Shown: piece by piece, positions 1 through 11,352 of the stretch
How positions within the stretch are numbered: position 1 is the stretch's first letter
How the letters are laid out: each line of letters starts with the position of its first letter
DNA from: the human T2T-CHM13v2.0 reference genome, Homo sapiens
NCBI RefSeq assembly: GCF_009914755.1
Contig: NC_060929.1
Direction: 5' to 3' (one strand)
Length of the DNA stretch: 64,000 nucleotides
Program-made: the position numbers and the translations under genes
Notes under the pieces: generated by a model
The model's database searches: none
Seen by the model: the letters and a program-made list of their open reading frames with translations, nothing else
What the model was told of the DNA's origin: nothing

Positions 1-651
1 AGCTGCCAGAACACTCAAGCCCAAGGTAGCATTATCATTCATCTCCCAAACAGGGCTTCTATTAATGTGTCACTGAAACAACCCATTTTCTTATACCAGT
101 CCCCACCCCTTTGATATACTGGACATGTGTCAGAAAAATCAGAGGCCATCCATATCTTATCTTACATTAGGAAGAGTCATGTAGAAATGTCCCTTCATTA
201 CCAGGACAGTCATGTCAAAAAGAATCGACTTATTGTCAACGTTTCTAACCTAACAATGTTAATGGAGACTTTAGACATCCTTTCTCCTCATTTGTTTCTT
301 AGATGCCTATCAAGGAGACAGTTGCAAGAGTTTCCAAGCTCTGGGGAGCCCTGTGTATGGGTATTAAATGACAGCACTCAAGGCTGCTTATTATAAAAGG
401 ATGCAGGGGTACGTTGGAGGATTGAGATGGTGGGGAAAAGCGTGCTTTTGGCATGGTGCCAGGGTGGTGAGTGACTCCAAGCAAGACTTCAGGCTCCAAA
501 GATAGCTATTGTTTCTCCCTCTTCTGCTCTCTCCTTCACAATTTCCTGGCACCGTGTAACAAATATATTTACCGAGTGAAGGCAGCTGTTAAGACAGTGC
601 CCAGCAGTGTTTAAAATACCTTTCTCTCTCAATTCATACATGGAGTCACTC

Positions 652-673
652 TTTTTTTTTTTTTTTTTTTTTT
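652..673. repeat. poly(T) homopolymer, 22 nt
   Basis: Directly visible T run. Confidence 0.95.
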
Positions 674-1149
674 CACCCTCTGAGGCAGAGGAGGCTATAG
701 GGGAAGACAGCATTGGCTGGAGAATTTTCTGGAGCTCTCAGAAACTACCTAGCACTGGGCAGGAGGATTTTCAGGTCAGGGCCGACCTTTGAGGAACCAG
801 CTCCCTCCCAACATGCCGGTGGCCAGCCAGTGCTGATCAATAGTAACGAGATGACAGGTTGATATTAGTGAATAAAGCACCAAGCCATTTCCCCTGTAGA
901 AGTTACACAAATGCCTTGTCCTAACAGCATGAAACTATTGGAATTTTTCTAGGAAATGCCCGTGGGCTCTTACAGTAAATCTCTTTTGAGTATGGATAAT
1001 TCATTCTTCTTTCTTTTAAAGCACAATGAACGTGCTCCTTAGGTCTGTGGTTCTCATTAGCCCTACTCATAGGTGGTTGAACTCTGCCTAGTCAGCATGA
1101 TTCAGAAAGACACAGCTATCCGTGGCGTGCAAAGTACTTTCATATCCTT

Positions 1150-1595
1150 CAGTGGGTATTTGCCATTGGGGGACTGCTCAGCACCCACATAATCCTTCAA
1201 CCTGGGGGATGGAGGAAGGCAGTGCTTGCCTCCCACTTTGGAAACTGACAGTGTCTCGATTTCCCTCTCCCCAACCCCTGGCAGCTGGAGAGTGGACTCA
1301 TGATCTAGGCTCAGACAACTGGATGTTCCTCTCTGGGCCTTTGGGTTGTGAGCCAGGATGTAAATTTGGAGGGAATCAATTATTCCTGGTGGTGGCTGCA
1401 ACTTTCTGTGGTGAGGGCCTTGGTATCTAGCAGTGACTACGTTCTCTGCAGGCGTTCCTTTTGCAAGTAGCTGTGAGGCCCTTGGATACTGTGTGTTTTC
1501 CAGCCTTTGGGTTGGTAGTTTGAGTAACCCGATAAACTTCTAAAAATACCTTCCTGCTTCAGTTATCCAGAGTTGGATTCTGACCACTAGAAATG
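1150..1595 (+). mobile_element. Old ERVL-type solo LTR (LTR33-like)
   Basis: 'catgatctaggctcagacaactggatg' and the 3' end 'aaaaataccttcctgcttcagttatccagagttggattctg' resemble the LTR33/ERVL LTR consensus as I recall it. Ends approximate. Confidence 0.55.
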
Positions 1596-2104
1596 CTTTA
1601 TCTTATTGAAGTCCCATTCAGCACAGAGGGTGTAGGAGGCCAGATATCCGTTTCTAAAGGACAAAGCCGAGGCTCAGCAAGCCCAGTGACTGGCTCACAT
1701 TTTTGCCAGGCAGAGACAGAATTGAGATTTGAAGTGAGTCTGTGGGATCCGTGGGGGTGGGCCCATGTCTTTTTTAATGTAATATGTCCAGGACCTGGCA
1801 AAAGATCTTGCAGGAAACAGACTCGTGAGAATAATTCGACTCCATATTCAGCCTGCAGGGTATATTATTATCTCTATTTGGTGGGTGAGAGACTATGTTC
1901 TACAGTATATCAGGGAATTTCTGATATGAAAATGATAGCTCCAGGCTGGACCCCAATTGTAACTGGGCCTATTTTTCTCTCCAAATCGATCCCATCATTC
2001 AGCATTCTTGAAGGAGAGCATAGCATGGAAGAGCATGGTAGGGAAATGAAATCTAAAAAGGAGGGACAGGGGAATGACACTTATTTAGTTAATTTATTTA
2101 GTTT

Positions 2105-2330
2105 TCAGCTAACATGCATAGAATGGTTACTCCATGCTAGTAATAAGCTAGGCACCTGACATCTATTTTATTTCATCTTAACAATGGTTAATGATACGAC
2201 ACAGGTGCTATTATTGCCCTGAATTTACAGATGAGGAACCTGAGACTTAGGAAGGCTAAGTTCCTTGCCCCAGATCCACAGCCAATAAGCCACAGCACCT
2301 AGTATACCTGACGTCATGGCCCAAGCCCCT
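2105..2330 (-). mobile_element. MIR SINE
   Basis: Reverse-strand MIR core 'ttttacagatgaggaacctgagacttagga...ccttgccccagatccacagc'. Confidence 0.8.
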
Positions 2331-2984
2331 GCCAATATATTATGCCAATGGGGCTTGTTGACATTTGAGTCTGGGGTTTGTTGATGATGGTTGACTGCTT
2401 TTGAGCACGTTTCACTACAAAAAAGGGTATGGAATTGCTTATGTAATTCCAAGATCATGGTCTTAAAAGAGATATACCTTCCTCCAATATTTTTATTTTT
2501 GTGTGCAGAAAAGTTGAAATTTGGAAGACTTGGCAAAGAGAGTGTTAATGTGCTAACATCAAATGAATTCCATGGATTTTCTATTCATTAAGGCCCATTT
2601 CCCTGCACATAACTCACCTCAGCTTGGTTATACTACTCCAGGGTATGCTAGTAAAAGGAGGAAAAACAGGGAAGCCAGCCAGAAAGAGGTGTTTTTGGCT
2701 GCAAAAATCAACTTACACCTACCAACAAAGTAAAACAGAAAGACTTTGCCAAACAGTAAATATCAAGTTCATTGCCTAAGCCCCAGAAGAACACATATGA
2801 AGCAATTTATGATACCTTTTGGAGTCTGTGGTCACCTGATAGTGCTTGGCTGTGAATTTTAGGAATTACAATTCAGCAACTGGAAGGTGAATCAAAGTAG
2901 AAATTCTGGTCATTTTATAGCTTGGCTAAACCATCGGAGGATGGCAAGATATGAGTCTCCTTTGCCCTAGATAACAAAATGTGC

Positions 2985-3650
2985 ATTTATTTATTCATGC
3001 TCTGATTAATTTACTAAGCACCTACTATGTGCCAGGCAATCTTAGCACTACAGATAAATCAATCACCTATATTTGAAATATCCCTCTCTTGTAGAACTTA
3101 CATTCTAGCCAGGAAAAATGGATAGAAATAAGAAAATGAATACATGAATGATCTCAGAGAAGGGTAAGTGACTTAAAGAAAATAAATCAGGTGCTGTGAT
3201 GGATGGAGGGTGACAGGTGAGGAGGGAGTAATTGAGGTTGGATGGTCTGGTAGGTCTTCCTCTGGCTCAATGTTAAGAAAAATCCAGACATTCAGAGGTC
3301 TGGAGCGGAACATTCTGGACAGGAGGGTCACCAAGTGCAAGGGACCCCAGGGAAAGGGAACCTGGTGTGTTGGAGAACCAGAAAGAACTGTGGGTCAGAA
3401 CACAAGGAGAAGAGGGAGCGAGAGGGGTTGAGGTCAGAGGTTGGCACAACCAAATCCTGCAGGGCCTCAAGTCATCATCTGTTCCTCATCCTAAGAACAC
3501 TGTGAGGCACTCGAAGGTATTCAAGTGGAGCATTGATGTGTCTGATTTAGAATCACTGAAGGCTTCCTGGGAAGTCTAAGCAGAGGATGGTTTGGAGATG
3601 CCTAGGAATAACAGCAGGGAGAAGGGTTAGAACATAGTAGCCAGACCACA
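2985..3650 (-). mobile_element. L2 LINE 3' fragment
   Basis: 'catttatttattcatg...ttactaagcacctactatgtgccaggca' is the reverse complement of the L2 3' terminus, followed by purine-rich L2 body. Confidence 0.8.
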
Positions 3651-3699
3651 GTGGGGTCAGTGTTGCTGGACAGCAGCGTGCAACCAAAAGGTTATATCC

Positions 3700-3875
3700 A
3701 GAATGTTTTTTTTTAACTCTGCCTGCACATTTGAATCACTTTAGAAACTTTTTAGAAATATAGCTGTCTGAGGTTTACCCTTGGATATTTTGACTCAGTA
3801 GGTCTGGGAAAGCTATCTGTCTTTTAGGAAACAAAACAAGAGATTCTGAAGCACAGCCAGTATTGAGAACCACTG
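3700..3875. mobile_element. MER5A-like hAT-Charlie MITE
   Basis: 'ctgcacatttgaatcac...gactcagtaggtctgg...gattctgaagcacagccagtattgagaaccactg' with the MER5 terminus. Confidence 0.75.
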
Positions 3876-3884
3876 ATTTAAAGT

Positions 3885-4070
3885 GTTTTCACATTCACAA
3901 TTTCTTTTGATTGTCCTGTAATCTGTGAAGTAACTGTTGTTGTCATGCCCATTTTATTGATGAGGACACTGAGGCTCAGAGTAAGTGACTTATTTAGGGT
4001 CACATAATTAGTGAGCAGAAGCCAGAATTCATTTTCTATGTGCAAACCTAATGCTCTTTCTCTGACCCTA
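3885..4070 (-). mobile_element. MIR SINE
   Basis: 'cccattttattgatgaggacactgaggctcagagtaagtgactt...ggtcaca'. Confidence 0.8.
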
Positions 4071-4409
4071 CCACATATCCCTGAACGTAGCCAGCAATCA
4101 GGTTACTGTCAATGTCTTTAAAAAAATTCAAAATACAGATGGGTGTTTACCATCAGGAAGCAGAAAGCAAAATAGAAATTTGGAAACAAAGTGGAGCCCA
4201 TGGCTGAAGGGTGGAATGTGGAGGCACCCCTGCATGTTATCATTTACAAAGACGGATCCGATGGCAGGGAATCTGGAAGAGTGGCGAAAACTGTCATGTC
4301 TGAGGGGATGTGTTGGGAACAGTTGGGAGAGGTTGTGGAGATGATTAGGTGTGAGGAGAGGAAGATGCTTCCATGAATGAATATTCTAGTGGACACCTGT
4401 TGGGTTTTA

Positions 4410-4422
4410 GTTGCTTAGCAAC
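4410..4422. promoter_or_regulatory. RFX X-box motif GTTGCTTAGCAAC
   Basis: Near-palindromic match to the RFX consensus GTTGCY-N-RGCAAC. Function untested. Confidence 0.4.
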
Positions 4423-4479
4423 CATTCCAAAACAAATGGGCAGGGAAGAAGAGGAGCAGACAGGTGGAGATTTCTTCTT

Positions 4480-4630
4480 CACTGGCTCCTCTACCAATGA
4501 TTTGGAGTTGCTTGGACTCTGTTCATTTTAAGCCTGGTTTTGCAGCCTTCCCTTTGATCCTAGGATGCCTCCACATCTTCTAACAAATTCCCTTTTTGCT
4601 GTAGGTGTCCAGAATGAGTTTCCTTTGCTT
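4480..4630 (+). mobile_element. ERVL LTR 3' fragment (LTR33-like)
   Basis: 'ttttaagcctggttttgcagccttccc...aacaaattccctttttgct...ccagaatgagtttcc' resembles an ERVL LTR 3' end. Confidence 0.5.
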
Positions 4631-4879
4631 TAAAAAAAAAAAATTACTCCTGTTGCTATTCAATATGGTGACCATTTAAAGAAGAAAGACTGGCTGTGCA
4701 ATTCTCTAAGTTGGCAAGCAGGCAAAATTTACCTCCCATCTGGCCTTCTCCCACCACCCAACCTCTCTGCACCTCTCTCTGTGAAGACAATCACTGACTT
4801 CTTCCCCTAGATGCATGCCCTCCCTTTATTTACTATGATTGTCAACAAAGAGAGACACTGGATATTTGAGAAAGGACAT

Positions 4880-5690
4880 TCTTCCAATCGATTCTTTATT
4901 TAGCAGCCAGAGAGATCTTTCTAAAATGAAATCTAATCATGGTGTTTCCCTGCTTAAAGCCCCCCCAATTCCTTCTTATTATTTCTAGGATAATGATGAC
5001 CCATTAAAGTGGTCTGCAAGGCCCTAGGATATGTGACACTTAACAGGACTCAACCTCATCTTGCCCTACCTTTGATATCTATGCTCCAGCCACACACATA
5101 GTATTGCAGTTTTATAAAAAACTATGCTCCAGCTGTTTCAGGACCTTTGCACATTCTTTTTCCTTCACTCAAGAAGCTTTCCTTTCCCATTTAGCCTAGT
5201 TAACCCTTTAGATTTCAGAACTGCATCATTTTCTCAGGTCAGCCTTGTCTGACCATCCTGATTAGATTAAGTCCCAGCTCTTCCCCACTAGTCAATGCAC
5301 ATTATGAAAGTAAGCCCCTGTCTGTTTTGTTCATCATTATATTCCGAATCCACTGCATAATGTTGGGTACATAATGATAAAAATATGACAACAGTAGCAA
5401 TCATTATACCACATACTAAGTGCCTTCCATAATTTAACTCCTCTAGTCTTCCCAACAATGTTATGAGGTAGGTTCCACCATTATTTCCATTTAAATATGG
5501 GGAAGCTGATACAGAGAAGTTATGTGACTCGATAAAGGTTACACAGGTAATAAGCATTGGAGCTAGGATGAAAACCTAGGCAATTTGTTTCCAAAATTAG
5601 CACTTTAAACTCTAATGCTTTCCTTCTCTGTACATAGTAGGTGCTCAATAAGAATTTGTTGAATGAAGAAATGAGTGAGGATAAGAATGA
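4880..5690 (+). mobile_element. L2 LINE 3' part, interrupted by a MIR
   Basis: 'gcagccagagagatctttctaaaatgaaatctaatcat...ccctgcttaaagc' and the terminal 'tacatagtaggtgctcaataagaatttgttgaatgaa'. Confidence 0.85.
5374..5629 (-). mobile_element. MIR SINE nested in L2, flanked by a 7-bp direct repeat gtacata
   Basis: MIR core 'ccatttaaatatggggaagctgatacagagaagttatgtgact...aaggttacacag'. gtacata occurs at 5367-5373 and 5630-5636. Confidence 0.8.
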
Positions 5691-6729
5691 ATAAACACAT
5701 GGCTTCAGAAATCTGGAATGGAATTTCCGGAGGCCAAAATTCAGGTCCCTACTCTGTGACTGACACCTCCATGTAATTTCATATCTGAAGACCTTTACTC
5801 CCCCTGTGTGAAGGAGGGGAACTGAGACAGACAAGCATTAGGCACCAACAGTCTGTGACTCGAAGCTGGCTTGACTTAAAAGGCCACATCTGGATTCAGC
5901 TCTTGGGTTTTGAAACCTTAAAACAAAAAAATGGCTGGATGGAGAGCTTATTCTTTAGATCACAAGAGAATTCAAGGCCCCTGGGAGATGAAACAATAAA
6001 AGGAAAGACCATATGAATGGAACTTACATTGTGCTTACAGACCAAGCAAAGAGGAAGTCATCTGCCCCTCTCTGCCTATCATTTTTGGTATTGCATGAGG
6101 TGGGCTTTAGGGGATAATTATCGACAATCACTTCTTTCTTGAGATATATTCATGATTAGCAGTTGTGAATGCCTGCTGGAGAAACCAGAGTTAATTTTTT
6201 TCCTTTTCCTAATGTAGTTATACAAAAGTCCCATTGCATTAATACTTTTGAAATTGTGCTGTAACTGAAGCCACAGAAAACTGCTCACCAGGGATCCTAA
6301 GCCTTGCAAACAAGTCTCTCTAAGCCTGCATGAAAAATGCAGACATGCCCCTCTGTTGCTAGTTAAGCTTGCTGGGACTTTAATGCATGCCTCCTACAGC
6401 ATTTTAGACCCAGGCCCCAGGCCCAGGCTCCCACTCCTACCTCCAAGGCTGCCACCAGGGTCTTATGTGCCTCCTAAACACTTGGCTGCTGCACTTGGGG
6501 CATTTTATTGAGGCAGCTTTACTGGAAGGATCCAATTACAGGGTATGGCAAGTTAGATTCAGTGCCCCTCTTAACAATGCTACAGAGAACACTGAGGTTC
6601 CTTTAGCCATTCCTGGTCCGAAAGAAATGAATAGAGGTAATGACAAACAGTCCCTGAGATGGCTGCTGCTTCTGGACACGAACACTCCATTGGGTTTTAA
6701 AAAATCTTTATGTGTGGATTCATGTATAA

Positions 6730-7590
6730 AAAGCAATACATCATAGTTGCAAAGAAAAAAAGTCAAACAATAGGAAGTAGGGTAAAAAGCAGGACTCTCC
6801 CCTCCTACCCTTATAACTTCCCCTGAGGTGGGCACTGTTTTCAGTTTGTTATATATCCTTCAGGATCTTTATTACATTTACAAACAAAATCATATTATAG
6901 TTAAAAAGTTTTCTGTCCATGTTTTTCTGCAACTTAATTTTTTTTTCTTTACAATAAATCATGGATGTTTTCAACAACTCATACAAAGTTACTTTATTCT
7001 TTTTAACTGATGCATCACAGTGCCTAGTGTGTCTATAGCACTATTCTCTTAACCACTTCTACTGTTGATACATATTGAGATGTTTCCAAAATTTTGTCTA
7101 TTACAAATAATGCTGCAGTGAATATCTTTGTAGTTTCTTTGAACACACTGTGCACACATGAAAGAATTTCTATAGGGTAAATTCTGGAGAGTTATTCAGA
7201 GTGTTAAATAAAAATATTAGTTCTAGAACATTCAAGCGCAGCTTTCCCCAGAGCTCAGACAAACCTTCTGAGGGGCTTGTTTTTTAAAATAATATAATTT
7301 AGAAAATAAATAATGCTACAATCACATGACATAGATTCACATATTCTCTCTTTCATAACTCTCCCTCCTCCAGTCAGTTCAACAGTCAGCCCCACAGGTA
7401 ACCACTGTTATTAGTTCCATAGGTTTTCTTCCAATGCTTTTTAAGGACAAACAAGCGAATATGAATGTACATTTATTTTCCCCATGCTTATGTAAAAAGC
7501 AACACATTTTTACACTGTTCTACCCTTGCTGTTTTCTCTTATCCATGTATCAGATAGATCTTTCCATATAAATATATAGATTCCTCATTA
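6730..7590 (-). mobile_element. Old L1 (L1ME-type) 3' fragments
   Basis: Reverse L1 3' motifs 'tgtttccaaa...tattacaaataatgctgcagtgaatatc' and 'cccacaggtaaccactgtta'. Confidence 0.65.
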
Positions 7591-8558
7591 TTTAAAAAAA
7601 ATTAATAGACAATTTTTAGGGAAGTTTTTTGGTTTATGGAAAATTTGAGTATAAATATGTATTGCAATGGACAAATCAGTATTGATACATTATCAGTAGT
7701 AGAAGTCATAATTTACATTAGGGATCACTGGTGTGCTGTACACTTTTATGAGTTTAGACAAATGGATAATGTCATGTATCCATTCTTGTGCAGTACCAAA
7801 CAGAATAGTTTCATTACCCTAAGAATCTCCTGTGTGTTCCACCTATTCGTCCCTTCCTCCCTCACTCCAAATCTCTGACAACTACTGATCTTTTTACTGT
7901 CTCTTTGGTTTTGCCTTTTCCAAAATATCATCTAGTTGGAATCATACAATAGATAGCCTTTTCACACTGGCATCTTTCAATTAATAACATGTATATAAGG
8001 CTGCTTCATGACTTTTTGTGGCTTAGTATTTTTTTTTTTGGTATTACTGAGTAATATTCCATTGTATGGATATACCAATTTCTATTTACCTATTGAAGGA
8101 TATCTTAGTTGCTTCTAAGTTTTGGCAATTATGAATAAAGCTACTATAAACATCCATTTGCAGGTTTTTATGTGGACATATGCTTTTCACTCATTTCCAT
8201 AAATACTAACTAGTGTAATTGTTAGATCATATAAGACTAAGTTTTGCTTTGGAAGAAATTGCCAAATTGTCTTCCAAAATGACTGTACCAATTTTCATTC
8301 CTGCCAGCGATGACTGTGAGTTCCTGTTGTTCCACATCTTTGTCAGCATTTTGTGTGGTCTGTCTTTGGGAGGTTAGCCATTCTAATAGGTGTGTAGTGG
8401 TATCTCATTGTTGTAATTTGCAGTTCCCTGATGACATATGATGTGGAGTATGTTTTCACATACTTATTTGCCTCTGTATAGATCCTTTGGTGAGACATTT
8501 ATTCAGATCTTTGGCTCACTAAATTTGTTTGTTTGTTATTTTATATTGTTGAGTTTTA

Positions 8559-8878
<320 letters not shown>

Positions 8879-9965
8879 TGACTTACCTTTTCCTTTTTAA
8901 GTGTCTTTTGAAGAAGTTTTAAATTTTAATAAAATCCAACATCCTTTTTTTTTTTCTTTCATGGATTTTGCTTTTGTGTTCTATCTGAAAACTCAAGGCC
9001 AAACCTAAGGTCACTTAGATTTTCTCCTATGTTATCTTCTAGGAGTTTTATAGTTTTTAATTTTACATTTAGGTCTATGATCCATTTGGAGTTAATTTTA
9101 TAAAGTGTAAGGTCTGTGTGTAGATTTATTTATTTTTGTATGTACATGCCCAGTTGTTTTCACCATTTGTTGAAAAGAATATTTTTTTTTTGTCATTTAA
9201 TTTCCTTGGCTCCTTCTTCAAAGATCAGTTGGCTATATTTGTGTGGTTCTGTTTCTGGGCTCTCTGTTGATCTATAGGTCTATTCTTTCATCAATACCAC
9301 ATTATTTTGATTATTGTCATTTTATAGTATATCTTAAATTTGTGAAGTGTCAGCCCTCCCAAACTTGTTCTTCTTCAGTGTTATGTTGGCTATTCTGAGT
9401 CTTTTGTATTTCCTGTATAAACTTTAGAATCACTTTCTTGGCATCTACAAGATAACTTGCTAGGATTCTATTGAGATTGTGTTGAATCTCTAGATCAACT
9501 TGAGAAGAACTGACAATTTAAAAATACTGGGTCTTCCTACACACAAATATAGACTATCTCTCCATTTATTTAGACTTTCTTTGATTTTCTTCATCAGAGT
9601 TTTAAAGTTTTCTTTATATAGACCTTGCACATATTTTTATTATATTTATACGTAACTTTCACTTTTGGGGAAGTGTTAATGTAAATAGTGTTGTGTATTT
9701 TATTTTAAATCCCAATTGTTCATTGCTGCTATATAGAAAAGTGATTAACTTTGAGTATTAACCTTGCATCCTGCAACCTTTCTATGATCACTTATTAGTT
9801 CCAGGATGTTTTCTGCTGATTTCTTCTTAAATTTTCTACATAAACAATCATGTCATGTGTGAAAACAAGACAGTTGTATTTCTTCCTTCCTAATCTGTAT
9901 ATCTCTTACTTTTCTTGTCTTATTGCATTAGCTAAGACTTCTAGTGGGATATTGAATAGAAGTGG

Positions 9966-10247
9966 TGTTATGGTCTGAATGTGTATGTCTCTCAAAAACT
10001 CATGTGTTGAAACTGAGTTCCCAGAGCAATAGTATCAAGAGGTGGAGACTTTGGGAGGTAATGCGGTCATGAGGGCTCTGCTCTCATAATTGGGATTAAT
10101 GCCTTTAAAAAAGAGGTACAAGGAAGCTTGCTTCCCCTTCTACCAGGTAAGGACCCAGCGTTTACCCCTTAAGCAATGAAATTTCTGTAGATTGTAATTT
10201 ATCCAGTCTAAGGTCAATTGTTAGAGCAGCCCTGATGGACTAGGACA
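9966..10247 (+). mobile_element. MaLR solo LTR (MST/MLT1A-like), internally deleted
   Basis: TG...CA termini: 'tgttatggtctgaatgtg' to 'agcagccctgatggactaggaca'. It splits the L1 motif 'gaatagaagtgg|tgagaggg'. Confidence 0.85.
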
Positions 10248-11352
10248 AATGATGAGAGGGGATAGCCTTGCTTTGTTCCCATTCTTAGGGAGAAAGTATC
10301 TAGAAAGTTATAATATGTATGATGACAGCTATAGAGTTTTTATAGATACTCTTTATTTAGTTGGAGTAATTTGCCTCTTTTCTTAGCTTGCTGAGAGTTT
10401 TTATTATGAACGTGTGCTGGGTTTTGACAAATGCTTTTTCAGAATTCATTTATATAGTCATATGACTTCTTTACTCTATTGAGTAAAGGGTATGGATTAA
10501 ACTAATTTCTTTCTAATGCCAAGCCAGCTATGCATACCTAGAAGAATTCCCTTTTGTTCATAGTGAATAATTATTTCATACATTATTGGATTCAATTTGC
10601 TAATATTTTGTTGAGAATTTTTGTATCTATATTCATAACATCAGTTTGTAATCTCCATTCTTGTAATGTCTTTATTTTGGTATTAGCCTAGTTCTGGCTT
10701 CATAAAACAAGTTAGGAAGTGTTACATCTGCTTCTACTTTCTGAAGGAGATTGTAAATAATTGGTATCACTTCTGCCATAAATATTTGGTGGAATTCACC
10801 GGGAAAACATCTGGGCTTTGTGTTCTGTTTTGGAAGGTTATTAATTATTGATTCAATTTCTCATAGATAAGTCTGTTCACATTGTCTATTTCTTTTGGGG
10901 TGCGTTGGAAGTTTAATAGATGGTGTCTTTCAAGAAATTGGTCCATCATCTAAGTTATTTAAGGCATATAGTTATTAATAATATTCCTTTATTATCCTTT
11001 TAATGTCCACGGAAACAATACCAATGGTCTTTCTTTCATTTCTGATATTAGTAATTTGTGTTTTCTCTCTTGTTTTCTTGGTTTGCCAGACCAGAGGTTT
11101 ATAACTGTCACTGACCTTTCCAAAGAACCAGGTTTTGATTTTTTTTTAGATTTTGTAGTTCTTCTGTTTGCAATTTCATTGATTTATGCTCTAAATAGTA
11201 TTTTTTTCTTCTGCTTACTCTATATTTCATTTGATCTTTTTTTCTAGTGTCTAAGGTAGAAATTTAGATTATTGATTTTAGATCTCTCTTCTTTTCTAAT
11301 ATATGGAATTGCTGTAATTTGCCTCTAGGCATTGCTTTCATTGCATCCCACA

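Noticed and set aside
1593-2159. 188-aa ORF, the longest in the track
   Set aside because: No recognisable domain, no convincing splice context, and its 3' end runs into a MIR. Consistent with a chance ORF.
6607-6636. Possible 30-nt + strand microexon (tttag|ccattc...atagag|gtaatg)
   Set aside because: Weak polypyrimidine tract and donor, and no other + strand exons to link it to.
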